Shown one piece after another: positions 6,939 through 16,080 of a stretch of DNA of 35,003 nt; positions within the stretch are counted from its first letter, which is position 1, and each line of letters opens with the position of its first letter. The notes under the pieces were generated by a model. That model worked only from the letters and a program-made list of their open reading frames with translations, had not been told where the DNA came from and made no database searches. The stretch lies in the NCBI GenBank assembly GCA_034434265.1, contig DAOTZP010000425.1, forward strand, positions 1-35,003. Direction: 5' to 3'. Both the position numbers and the translations under genes were made by a program. This DNA comes from Anaerolineales bacterium (lineage in GTDB: Bacteria > Chloroflexota > Anaerolineae > Anaerolineales > Villigracilaceae).

Positions 6939-9140
6939 TCAAAACATCATCATTTGACCTTGTGATTTTTCAATCGGGTCGCTGGCTATTTGTTCAAGGA
7001 ATGATTCGCGGGTGAGGATGGATGTCTCCGCGATGGAGCGCAGCAGGCGGTTCTTCACCACGCGATGTGATTTCATCCGCGCCCGAAGAGACGGGTCGCG
7101 TTCCTGCTTGTAGGCAATCAGCGCGGCGCGCCCGCCGGGGATGACGAAAATCGTATCCTCATCCGATGCAGCCAGCGCGCGGTTAAGCAAGCCCGAAGCG
7201 AATACATAAAACGAGTGAACAACCCTGCCCTGCTCGTCCTTCCAATGCAGCAGTTTATCCTGTCTGCTGGTTTTGTAATTCATTCGCGCGCCAATCGTTT
7301 CAATCAACGCAAAAATTTCTTTCATCTCTTCGCGGCGGGCGGCGGCAATGTCTTCGGCGCGGAGTTTCCACCCGCCTGCTTCTTTTTCCGCGTAGGAATT
7401 GAGCGCGGCGTAAATCAACCCTTTGGAGGGCGTGAGCAAGCCTTTGAATTGCTCGTACAGTTCGCTTTCAATTTCAAAATATAAAGCGGTTGGATTTTTT
7501 TGCAAATGATTGACCACCGCCATTTCCACCAAATCGGAAATTGAATCTTTGCGCGTTGGCGCGGAAAGTCCCCACAAGCCGCTTTCAATATGTTCGCTGT
7601 TGGAGTAGTGAACAAAGGTTTTATCTTTCAACGCGGCGTCGAACAACGCATATATTTTTCGCAGCGCTTCTTCAAAATCCTGATTGGTTTGTTTCAGTGC
7701 GTTTGCTTCCGCCAGCAAACAAAGCCCCGCCGCATGAAGATGAAGGTAGCCCGCAGGCTCTCCGCGCGCTTCGAGATATTCCGCGAGCGATTTGCGCAAC
7801 TGCGCCACGCTGGGATGCTGCGGCTCGCGTTTTTGTCCGCTTTTCCAAACGACTTGCACGGGGTCATGCTCGGTGCGCAGGGCAAGGCTTTGCAGGTCAA
7901 ACGCGGCAAGGCTGGCAGCCGTCAGCGCGGAGGATAAAAACTGCGGCTCCGGTTCGGGCAGCAGCGCAAAGAACGGAATTGCATCGGGTACGAGTTCGTT
8001 CAGGTGACCAAACGCGGAATGCAGCGCGGTGGCGTTCCACGCCCAATCATACCTGCGGCGGCGCAGCGCAATTTTGTATGGCTCAACCGCCTGCCTGCCC
8101 CACAGCCACCCCGCCCACAGTGCGGAAAGAGTCCAAAATGCCTGGTTGGGGCGCGGCACGGAGCCGATAATGGCGGCGATAGGAATTTCCTTTTTTACTT
8201 CGCGCGCAAGGTCTTTAAGCCTGCCTTCGTAAATGAGGATGCCGCCGCTTTCGGGAATTTTGTTTTTCCAAATTTCGCACGGCACGGGCGCGCCGGTTTT
8301 CGTCCACAACTCTATTCCGTTTTCGAGCGTCATCCATAAATTATTTTCGCGGAATTGGTTGGGCGTGTTCAACTGCTTCGGGCGCGGACGTTCGGCGGGG
8401 TGCGCCCACAACGTATTGCCCGCGTCACATGCGAGCAAAAGCAAAGCCATAAGCGCGCGTTTGCGTTCGGGGTTGAGCGACAGCGCGTCCAGACGGTTCA
8501 CAATCGTTGTTAAGACATACAGCGGGCGCGGAAGATAATGCGCGATGGCTTCTTCGGCGTATATGCGGTCTTCATCTTTAAGCGAGACGACTTTTTCATA
8601 AGCGCGGGAGCGATGCAGCGAATCGGTGGCGGCGATTTTTACCGCGCGTTCAATGTCTTCGTTTGAAGCGAGCCGTTCCCCCGCATCCCCGCACTGCGGA
8701 CAGTGATACATTTTCCCATACGGGGCGGTGGAGCCTTTGCGCCATAAAAACGCCTGCGCGTGAATTTGGGCTTGGCATTTTTCGCATTGCGTTTGGTACA
8801 AGGATTGAAAATGCGCGCCGAGTCTTTCCTCCCCTTTTTTGATGGCGCTCAAATCCGCCAGCGCGGCGACAAACTCGGCGCGGGCGGGCGGGTTGGCGAA
8901 CATCTCCAACAAAAAACGCGAGACGGGATTGTTTGCCGTGACCAGTACGCGGAATCCGCTGCGGGCGAGTTCCAGAGTCAGCCGGGGCGAGAATCCGAAT
9001 GGGTCGAGAATCCAGTTGCCTTTAAGAGTCTGCCGCGCCAGCCATGCGGAGGCTGTCCCTTCTTCGATGGCGGGTAAAAACCTCGCAAGCGGGTCCGTTT
9101 CGACGGGCTGAAATCCTAAAAGGTAGGGCTGGGATTGCAT
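6939..9140 (-). CDS. Large protein resembling a degenerate Zn-ribbon DNA methyltransferase
   Basis: 733-aa ORF tightly packed in an operon; WILDPFG (motif I-like), CEKC...CPQC Zn ribbon, no recognisable DPPY/NPPY. Confidence 0.55.
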   Translation of the reverse strand: MQSQPYLLGFQPVETDPLARFLPAIEEGTASAWLARQTLKGNWILDPFGFSPRLTLELARSGFRVLVTANNPVSRFLLEMFANPPARAEFVAALADLSAIKKGEERLGAHFQSLYQTQCEKCQAQIHAQAFLWRKGSTAPYGKMYHCPQCGDAGERLASNEDIERAVKIAATDSLHRSRAYEKVVSLKDEDRIYAEEAIAHYLPRPLYVLTTIVNRLDALSLNPERKRALMALLLLACDAGNTLWAHPAERPRPKQLNTPNQFRENNLWMTLENGIELWTKTGAPVPCEIWKNKIPESGGILIYEGRLKDLAREVKKEIPIAAIIGSVPRPNQAFWTLSALWAGWLWGRQAVEPYKIALRRRRYDWAWNATALHSAFGHLNELVPDAIPFFALLPEPEPQFLSSALTAASLAAFDLQSLALRTEHDPVQVVWKSGQKREPQHPSVAQLRKSLAEYLEARGEPAGYLHLHAAGLCLLAEANALKQTNQDFEEALRKIYALFDAALKDKTFVHYSNSEHIESGLWGLSAPTRKDSISDLVEMAVVNHLQKNPTALYFEIESELYEQFKGLLTPSKGLIYAALNSYAEKEAGGWKLRAEDIAAARREEMKEIFALIETIGARMNYKTSRQDKLLHWKDEQGRVVHSFYVFASGLLNRALAASDEDTIFVIPGGRAALIAYKQERDPSLRARMKSHRVVKNRLLRSIAETSILTRESFLEQIASDPIEKSQGQMMMF

Positions 9141-9145
9141 AGACT

Positions 9146-9829
9146 TTAATTTCGCATGACAGAGAAAACTTCAAAGAGGGGAAGGATGGGGTAGAGGGTT
9201 GCAATCGGTTGAATGGAAGCGATGCGGGCAATATCGGCTTTAATTTCGGCGATGCCGCGCTCGTGATACGCGCCCGAATATTCAGGTCCCGCGAGCTTGC
9301 GCCCGATTTGGTACAGGATGTTTTCAGTAGGACCGGAGACGACCAGCCTGCCTCCGGGCTTGAGCAGCGTGAAAATTTGCCGGACGGTTTCGGCTAAGTT
9401 TTTGACATGCTCCAGCACGTCAAGCGCGATGACAAGATTGAACGATTGCGCGGGCAAGTCGTTCAGTCTGGTTTGCGCCGCGTCGAGGACTTTGACATTT
9501 TCGGCAAGCGGAATGTATTTTTGAACCCGCTGTAATGGAATCAAATCCACATCAAACGCGGTGACTTGTTTGCTGATTCCTGAAAGAAACGGCAGCATCA
9601 CGCCGCTGCCGCAGCCAAAGTCGAGGATGTGTTCATAAGGCGCGGAGGTTTCAACGTAGTTCATCACTTTGTGAAGCCGCTGCCAGAATAAATAATTGAT
9701 AAACGGGTTGCGGTGCGAATAGGCGGGGAAGCCTGCTTCATCGAGCCTTCCCTGCTCTGATTCGTCAAGCGCTTGACGAATGGCGGAACGGTAACGGGTT
9801 TTGTATGCGTTGAATGCTTGTGTGTTCAT
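9146..9829 (-). CDS. Class I SAM-dependent methyltransferase
   Basis: ILDFGCGSG, DVLEHV, LLKPGGRLVV. Confidence 0.92.
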   Translation of the reverse strand: MNTQAFNAYKTRYRSAIRQALDESEQGRLDEAGFPAYSHRNPFINYLFWQRLHKVMNYVETSAPYEHILDFGCGSGVMLPFLSGISKQVTAFDVDLIPLQRVQKYIPLAENVKVLDAAQTRLNDLPAQSFNLVIALDVLEHVKNLAETVRQIFTLLKPGGRLVVSGPTENILYQIGRKLAGPEYSGAYHERGIAEIKADIARIASIQPIATLYPILPLFEVFSVMRN

Positions 9830-10791
9830 AATGGTTTATTGTTCGGTTTGCGCGGCGCGGCGTTTATGTCAATTTCAATCGCAGAGAGCAAAATTTGAAT
9901 GGCGAGAATGACCGACAGCGTGGGCAGAATGACCGTGCCGGTGGGCGCGGGGATGCCGAGATTGTGGTATTGAATCCATTTGCTGATTCCAAAAATCAAC
10001 CCAAACAGCAGCAGCGGAATTCCCGTCAGCAGGTAAATGGACATCATCGAAAAATCGAAAATGAAATATCGCAGCACAATGCGGCGCAATAGCGTGCGGA
10101 GCAGTTTAATAGGGAATTCAAACATCACGCGCCGAATGGACATGCTGGAAGTTTCGCCGCGATACCGGGCGGGGATGGGAACATCCATTACATACGCTTC
10201 AAGCAAATACAAATGCGAAAGCATGGACGTTTCAAAAAAATAGCCTTTGTCAATTTTTTCAAAGGGCAGCTGTGCCAGCATTTCGGCGCGGATGGCAAAG
10301 TAACCGTTGGTCGGGTCAAAAATATTCCAGTAGCCGGTGGCAGCCTTCGTGAGAAAACTCAGCCCCAAATTTCCCACGCGGCGGATGAGCGGCATTTGCT
10401 GTAATGAGACGAAATCTCGAAAGCGATTTCCTTTAACGTAATCGGCGCGTCCTTCGATGAGCGGAGCAACCAGCGCGGGGATGTACGACGGGTCCATTTG
10501 ACCATCGCCATCGAGTTTGACCACCACCTGAGCTTTGAGCTCCAACGCCTTGCGGAATCCGGTGAGCATGGCGCCGCCCACGCCTTGATTCTGCTCGTGA
10601 CGCAGGAGCAAAATCCGCCCGTCGGTTTGCGCCGCGCGGGAGACAATCTCAAACGTCGCGTCGGGCGAGCAGTCATCCACTACGATGATGTGTTTCGCAA
10701 AGCCGGGCAAGCCGCGCAGCGTCTCTTCAATATTGCTTTCCACGCGGTAGGCGGGAATCACGATTGCAATATTGTAATTAAACAAATTCAT
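9826..10791 (-). CDS. Glycosyltransferase family 2 (DPM1/GtrB-like) with two C-terminal TM helices
   Basis: IVIPAY, VVDDCSPD, NQGVGGA, LDGDGQMDP, DPTNGY. Confidence 0.93.
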   Translation of the reverse strand: MNLFNYNIAIVIPAYRVESNIEETLRGLPGFAKHIIVVDDCSPDATFEIVSRAAQTDGRILLLRHEQNQGVGGAMLTGFRKALELKAQVVVKLDGDGQMDPSYIPALVAPLIEGRADYVKGNRFRDFVSLQQMPLIRRVGNLGLSFLTKAATGYWNIFDPTNGYFAIRAEMLAQLPFEKIDKGYFFETSMLSHLYLLEAYVMDVPIPARYRGETSSMSIRRVMFEFPIKLLRTLLRRIVLRYFIFDFSMMSIYLLTGIPLLLFGLIFGISKWIQYHNLGIPAPTGTVILPTLSVILAIQILLSAIEIDINAAPRKPNNKPL

Positions 10792-10798
10792 AAAATGG

Positions 10799-10822
10799 AT
10801 TGTACTCGAAAGGTGATAAAAT
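10799..10822. promoter_or_regulatory. Back-to-back divergent -10 elements
   Basis: TACAAT on minus (10804-10799) 7 nt before the GT2 ATG; extended -10 TGaTAAAAT on plus (10814-10822). Confidence 0.55.
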
Positions 10823-10841
10823 CGCAGACGAGGAAACCATT

Positions 10842-11996
10842 ATGAACCCCGGGGAACAGATTCTCATTGTTGAAAGCGACCCAGATATTGCGGACTTGAT
10901 AGGGAGGCAGGCGTTAAAACCGTTGGGATATCAGGTGACGGTTTTTACCGAAGCCTCCTCCGCCATTAAACATGCGTTGCAGAGCCCGCCCGATTTAATT
11001 TTAGCCAACCTGAACCTGCCCGGCTTAAGCGGCAAGGATATGCTTACCGCGCTGATTTCTCAGGGCATCAAGCCGCCGATGATAGTGATTGCGGAAAAAG
11101 GTCAGGAGATGGACGCGATTCACGCCTTTCGGCTTGGCGCTTCGGATGTGCTTTTTTGGCCCCTGCGCGATGCCGAAGTTGTCTCCATTGTGGAGCGCGC
11201 GCTGCGCCAAACGCAGGAAGCGCGCGAAAGACAAAGGCTGGACAGGCAGCTCCGCGCAATGAATGACGAATTGCAGCGCCGCCTGCGCGATTTGACAACC
11301 GTGCTTTCCACCGCCAAAGCGGTGGTTTCCATCACCGACCAGCGTGTGTTGTTTGAGAAAATTTTGGAAAATGCGCGCCAAATTACCGAAGCGGATATTT
11401 GCTGGCTGCTGTTGCGCGAGGAAAAGACAAACGCATTTTTGCTGCGCTCGCATGTAAATTTGCCCGAAGCATGGGCAAAGAAAATAAATCAACCGCTGGA
11501 TGACGGCATCAGCTCGCTGGTGGCGCTTTCCGGTGAAAGCCTGACCATGCACGGCTCGCCGCTGGAAAAGTTCAAAATTGCCGCTCTGGGAAAATCCGCC
11601 GCGGTTGTTCCGATTAAAATTCAAGGTCAGGTCATCGGGCTGCTGATTGTCGTCCGCAAACAGGACCGTGAAATCACCCGCGATACGCAAACCCTGCTCG
11701 AAGGCATTGGCGATTTTGCTTCCATTTCGCTGGTGAACGCCAGACTCTTCCGCGCCCTTGAACAAAGCGCGGAAGCCGCCAAAAAAGGCGAGCAGTTCCG
11801 CTATGCCGCGCTGGAAGCCGCCCGCGAGGCAATTCGCAACGAAGTGCAGGCGGCTGTATATCCGCTCAATTTGGTGCTTACGGAAATGCCCGGACCGTTG
11901 AATGAAGAACAGAAAAAAGCTTTGCAATCGGTAAAAGACGCGCTGCAAAGACTTTCGCGCGCTTCGGAAAAAACGGTTGTGCCCGGCAAACAATAA
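10842..11996 (+). CDS. Pseudo-receiver + coiled coil + GAF domain protein with a His-less HisKA-like tail
   Basis: Receiver fold (ILIVESD..PDLILANLNLPGLSG), GAF motif VPIKIQGQVIGLL...NARLF, tail GPLNEEQKKAL without His. Start at ATG 10842 after GAGGA. Confidence 0.8.
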   Translation: MNPGEQILIVESDPDIADLIGRQALKPLGYQVTVFTEASSAIKHALQSPPDLILANLNLPGLSGKDMLTALISQGIKPPMIVIAEKGQEMDAIHAFRLGASDVLFWPLRDAEVVSIVERALRQTQEARERQRLDRQLRAMNDELQRRLRDLTTVLSTAKAVVSITDQRVLFEKILENARQITEADICWLLLREEKTNAFLLRSHVNLPEAWAKKINQPLDDGISSLVALSGESLTMHGSPLEKFKIAALGKSAAVVPIKIQGQVIGLLIVVRKQDREITRDTQTLLEGIGDFASISLVNARLFRALEQSAEAAKKGEQFRYAALEAAREAIRNEVQAAVYPLNLVLTEMPGPLNEEQKKALQSVKDALQRLSRASEKTVVPGKQ

Positions 11997-12000
11997 ACGA

Positions 12001-13449
12001 ATGGCAAAACAGGATTTACTTCTTCTGGCGTTGGACGCCTCGCAAATATTAGACTTAATGCAGCGCGCCCTGCACGGCGCCGGTTATAAGGTTGCGGTTG
12101 CCCATACTGCCGAAGCCATGGCGCATGTGACGCAAGAGTCTGTGCCTGCCTTGGTCATTCTTGGCGAACAACTGGGGGGACAACCGGGCGCGCCGCTGGC
12201 GGAAGACTTGCTGGAACGATTCCCCACCCTGCCCATTATTCTTTATGCAAACAGCGACAAGCATGAAACGGTGAAAGCCGCTTTCAAAGCCGGGTTTATG
12301 GGGTATCTGACCCCGCCGTTGAAAATGGATGACATTGTTGCCGAAGTGGAACGCGCTTTACAGCGCGCCCGCCAACTGGGCGACTGGCTGCGCCGCGAAG
12401 TAAAACGCACCACCGCATCGCTCGCTGAAAAGGCGAAAATTTCCGAAGCCGAAAAAGCGAAAATGGAAGCCATCCTCTCCAATATTCAAGACGGGGTGAT
12501 TGTGCTGGATGACAACCATCGAATTTTGATGGTGAATCATGCCGTGCGCGAGATTTTTCACCTGAACGGGCGGGAATTAAACGGCAAAATACTGGAAGAA
12601 GCGATTCCAAACGCCGACTTGCTCGCGTTGATTAACCGTTCCAGCAGCGAGCCGTTGAAATATCACGAGGTCAATTTTGACGACGGGCGCGTTTATAACG
12701 CCCAATATGCCCCAATTCCATCCGTTGGGGCGGCGGTTAGTATGCAGGATATTTCCTACCTGAAAGAGCTCGACCGCCTGAAAAGCGATTTTATTCACAC
12801 GGTTTCGCATGATTTACGCTCCCCATTAACCGCCGTGCTGGGATATGCGGAACTCATCGAACGTACCGGACCGCTCAACGAAAACCAGCAGGAATTTTTA
12901 CGGCGGCTGCAAGGCAGCATTCATCACATCACCTCACTGGTCAACGACCTGCTTGATTTGGGCCGGCTCGAATCCGGCTTTGATACGCGCCGCGAAATGG
13001 TGATGATAGACGATGTGCTTAAATACGCGCTGGATATGTTCGACTCGGAAATTCAAAAGAAGCAAATCCGCCTTACCACAAATATAGACCCCGAAATTCA
13101 GCCGTTGCGGGCAAACCCCATCCGCATTCGTCAGATGATTGATAATCTGGTCGGCAACGCCATCAAATATACGCCGCAGGGCGGCAGGGTGCGCGTGGAC
13201 TTGTTTATGCAGGACAATCAAATCATCTTCAAAGTCACCGATTCCGGTCCGGGCATTCCGCCGGAGGAACACAGCCGCGTGTTTGAAAAATTTTTCCGCG
13301 CCAGCAACGCGCCGGATGGCGTGCAGGGTTCGGGGCTGGGGCTTGCCATTGTCAAATCCATTGTGGAAAGCCACCAGGGCCGCGTATGGGTGGAATCGGA
13401 AGTCGGCAAAGGCTCGGCATTTACCGTAATTTTGCCCCCGCAAGAGTAA
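12001..13449 (+). CDS. Hybrid sensor histidine kinase (degenerate receiver-PAS-HisKA-HATPase), cytoplasmic
   Basis: SHDLRSPL, NLVGNAIKY, DSGPGI, FEKFFR, GSGLGL; PAS motif IQDGVIVLD...N; no TM segment. Confidence 0.93.
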   Translation: MAKQDLLLLALDASQILDLMQRALHGAGYKVAVAHTAEAMAHVTQESVPALVILGEQLGGQPGAPLAEDLLERFPTLPIILYANSDKHETVKAAFKAGFMGYLTPPLKMDDIVAEVERALQRARQLGDWLRREVKRTTASLAEKAKISEAEKAKMEAILSNIQDGVIVLDDNHRILMVNHAVREIFHLNGRELNGKILEEAIPNADLLALINRSSSEPLKYHEVNFDDGRVYNAQYAPIPSVGAAVSMQDISYLKELDRLKSDFIHTVSHDLRSPLTAVLGYAELIERTGPLNENQQEFLRRLQGSIHHITSLVNDLLDLGRLESGFDTRREMVMIDDVLKYALDMFDSEIQKKQIRLTTNIDPEIQPLRANPIRIRQMIDNLVGNAIKYTPQGGRVRVDLFMQDNQIIFKVTDSGPGIPPEEHSRVFEKFFRASNAPDGVQGSGLGLAIVKSIVESHQGRVWVESEVGKGSAFTVILPPQE

Positions 13450-13477
13450 AGCGATACTTTTACAGTGCGTTAAACTT

Positions 13478-13507
13478 GCAGCCGCCGGAAAAACCGGCGG
13501 CTGCTTT
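13478..13507. terminator. GC-rich hairpin between convergent genes
   Basis: GCAGCCGCCGG-AAAAA-CCGGCGGCTGC perfect 11-bp stem; only short U tracts. Confidence 0.7.
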
Positions 13508-13630
13508 CGCCAAAGGAGGAGACAGAGGAGAGTGTAATTTCATGTGTCTCCAAATGTATGTTACTTGCGCGGGCGTGTTTTTGCCATGTCCAAATGTCAC
13601 GAATGCAGGGTGAGGATATTCACAAATAAG

Positions 13631-14047
13631 TTACAGATTATCAAGAAAAGTTTTTGATTTTTTTATCGCATCCTCAATTGTTTCGTACGATGCAACGGTC
13701 AATTTTGGGTGCGGGTTTCCCGTAATCATTTTGGAAACTTTTCTTTCAACATGATGCAAACAAAACACGGGTTTCTCGTGCGCGAGAGCGTAGCCGATTT
13801 CGTAGCCGACGCCGTGTGAAGGAACGCTGACTTCGGCAATCAGCACATTGCAGCCCCGAATCCAATTGACATCGCGCTCATAGACTTCGCGCGGAGAGAT
13901 GACGCGCTCTTCTTCCATGACTTCGGATTGGGCAAGGTGCGAGGTGGGAATTTCATGCCCCTCTGCAAGCAGCGCTGCAACAAACTTTTGGTACATGGCT
14001 TCAAATTCACGTCCGCCGGTGATGGAACAGGCAAAGTAAATGTTCAT
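13631..14047 (-). CDS. Nucleoside 2-deoxyribosyltransferase family, Rcl/DNPH1-like deoxynucleotide N-glycosidase
   Basis: IYFACSITGGR, YERDVNWI, AEVSVPSHGVGYEIGYA, SKMITG match the Rcl/DNPH1 pattern. Confidence 0.85.
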   Translation of the reverse strand: MNIYFACSITGGREFEAMYQKFVAALLAEGHEIPTSHLAQSEVMEEERVISPREVYERDVNWIRGCNVLIAEVSVPSHGVGYEIGYALAHEKPVFCLHHVERKVSKMITGNPHPKLTVASYETIEDAIKKSKTFLDNL

Positions 14048-14652
14048 TTTTTTCCGGGCAGTTTGGAAAGGATGGAATTTCCGCGCTGCTGCGAAGATTG
14101 CGTTGAAACGCCGCCGCTTCGCATACTTTCAATTTCCGCGCTCAGCCGCATCCAGTCTTCTACCAGCAGGAGGATGTGCGGCGTATTGTCTTTGAAAAAG
14201 TATTTGGAAAGAAAGAAGCGCAGCGCGGTTTGCGACATGGGGTGGCTGCTCATTTCAATGTTGAGCGCGGTCATCTTCCACAACGGTTCGAGCGCTTCCA
14301 CCTCCCAGTTGGAAATCTTCCGCCCGCGAAAGGTTTCCCCCATGTTCATGGCGGCGGTCCTGCGGATTCGCTTGTACGAAATGCTCAAGCGCAAAAACGG
14401 CGTGGCGATTTTTAAGTATGTTGGAAACGGCTGCACATACGCGCTTTTGCGAATGAGCAGCATGAGCAGGCTGAGAAAAACGCACAGCGCCCCAACGCTG
14501 CTTGCCGCAACCCAGCGCCATGAATCCCAGCCGAGGTAGTAGAGCGCGCCCGCCAAGCCGAACAAAGCCAGCCCGAGCGTAAACACCGCGGGACGCCAGC
14601 GGTCCATCATGTGGGTGTAGAGAACGAGCGGGTAGCGGCGTCCGCCTTTCAT
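14044..14652 (-). CDS. Hypothetical membrane protein (two N-terminal TM helices plus soluble domain)
   Basis: 202-aa ORF, 1-nt gap upstream and 4-nt overlap downstream; two hydrophobic segments. Confidence 0.75.
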   Translation of the reverse strand: MKGGRRYPLVLYTHMMDRWRPAVFTLGLALFGLAGALYYLGWDSWRWVAASSVGALCVFLSLLMLLIRKSAYVQPFPTYLKIATPFLRLSISYKRIRRTAAMNMGETFRGRKISNWEVEALEPLWKMTALNIEMSSHPMSQTALRFFLSKYFFKDNTPHILLLVEDWMRLSAEIESMRSGGVSTQSSQQRGNSILSKLPGKK

Positions 14653-14653
14653 A

Positions 14654-15298
14654 TCAGGATTCCTTTTGCGCGTTTATTTTTTCGGTGAAGTCGTTGATGG
14701 CTTGGGTCAGGTGACCGCTCCGCAGGCTGAAGGTGATGTCGCCGCGCGTTTTTTCAATGATGCCGCGCGCAAGGTCGGTTTGGCGGCGCAAGCCGTTGGT
14801 GATGGCGTCGGGGTAATCCATTGTCACCAGCGCGGCGTAAATTTCATCCATGTGGCTGAGCAGCCGCTCGGCTTCGATGGAATAGCCGTGACGCAGAATA
14901 TCCAGCGCGCGGCGGCGCAGCTCGCCGACCACTTCCGCCAGCCCGTTGAGATAGGTGGCGGGTTCAACGTTTAAGTCGGCGGGCGTTTGCAGCGGCTGGT
15001 TTTGAATCAACGCGCAGGTGACGTTGGCTTCAACAAATTCTTTTAGCGCGTCCTGGGTGTAGCCTGCGTAAAACAAGTCGGGGTATATGGCAAGCGACTC
15101 GCGCAGCGTGTTTGCGATGTTTGCGGCTTCGTCCAAATGCGTTTGCATCACATCCGTTTCGCTGCGATGCACGGCGCGGATGGCGAGCGAGCAGGCGCGG
15201 GTGAGCTGGCGGGCATGAGCAAGCGCCCGGTCGCGGGCTGCGGTTCGCGCTTCAAACGTTTTGCGAATTTCTTCGGCAATCTGTTCGAGCTTGTGCAT
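14654..15298 (-). CDS. Translin/TRAX family protein (prokaryotic type)
   Basis: All-helical 214 aa; KEFVEA and YLNGLAEVVGELRR motifs; LRRQTDLARGIIEKT. Confidence 0.88.
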   Translation of the reverse strand: MHKLEQIAEEIRKTFEARTAARDRALAHARQLTRACSLAIRAVHRSETDVMQTHLDEAANIANTLRESLAIYPDLFYAGYTQDALKEFVEANVTCALIQNQPLQTPADLNVEPATYLNGLAEVVGELRRRALDILRHGYSIEAERLLSHMDEIYAALVTMDYPDAITNGLRRQTDLARGIIEKTRGDITFSLRSGHLTQAINDFTEKINAQKES

Positions 15299-15300
15299 GG

Positions 15301-15627
15301 CTATTCTTTGGGATGTTCGGGCGGCTGCTGAAACGGGCGGAAGAGATTATCCGCCAACGAGTTGTTGGTGGGCAGCGGAATTTCGCCAAAGGCGGCTTCA
15401 TAGCGGGCGATGTTTTCCGTGAGGGCTTTGACGAGCAGTTTGGCGCTGAGCGGCGTCATTACCACCCGCGCGCGGATTTTTGCGCGCGGCTCGCCCGGAA
15501 GCAAATGCGCGAAGTCCAGCACCATGTCGGCGGGGGAGTGGGCAATCCGCGCGAGGTTGGCGTAGATGATTTCCAAATCGGCGGGCAGTTCAAGGACGGG
15601 TCCGTTTGGTTTAACGGGTGTGGTCAT
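15301..15627 (-). CDS. DUF3467 domain-containing protein
   Basis: YANLARIAHSPADMVLDF...ARVVMTPLSAKLL..AL.ENI..YE..FGEI. Confidence 0.88.
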   Translation of the reverse strand: MTTPVKPNGPVLELPADLEIIYANLARIAHSPADMVLDFAHLLPGEPRAKIRARVVMTPLSAKLLVKALTENIARYEAAFGEIPLPTNNSLADNLFRPFQQPPEHPKE

Positions 15628-15642
15628 TGCGTTCTCCGCGGG

Positions 15643-16080
15643 TTAGAAGGGAATATCGTCTTCGGCTGGAATTTCAGCCATGTCCATGTTGTTGCCGCTG
15701 GACATGGGCATGTTGTTCTCTCCCATTTCGCCGCGTGAAGAGAGGAAGCGCACGGTGGACGCTGTGATTTCAAACGACGCGCCTGCTGTGCCATCCTGCT
15801 TTTTCCAAATGCGCGGGCCGCCCGTTGCCGGGTCGGCGGTCATACGTCCTTCCACCAGCACCATTGAGCCTTTCTTAAGGTATTGATTGCACACTTCGGC
15901 TTGTTTGCCCCATGTGGTCACGCGAAACCAGATGGTGCGTTTGACCTTTTCGCCGTTTGCGGCGGTGTACGCTTCATTAACTGCAACCGAAAAGCTGGTG
16001 ACCGCCTGCCCCGACGGGGTGTAGCGCATTTCGGGGTCGCGCCCCAAGTTGCCGGTGATGACGATTTTTTGGTAGCTCAT
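15643..16080 (-). CDS. ssb: Single-stranded DNA-binding protein
   Basis: GNLGRDPEMRYT, W.RVTTWGKQAE, acidic tail EDDIPF; SD GGAGG before ATG 16080. Confidence 0.97.
   Translation of the reverse strand: MSYQKIVITGNLGRDPEMRYTPSGQAVTSFSVAVNEAYTAANGEKVKRTIWFRVTTWGKQAEVCNQYLKKGSMVLVEGRMTADPATGGPRIWKKQDGTAGASFEITASTVRFLSSRGEMGENNMPMSSGNNMDMAEIPAEDDIPF

Noticed and set aside
14654..15298. Haloacid dehalogenase label
   Set aside because: No DxD/HAD motifs; the sequence is all-helical with translin signatures.
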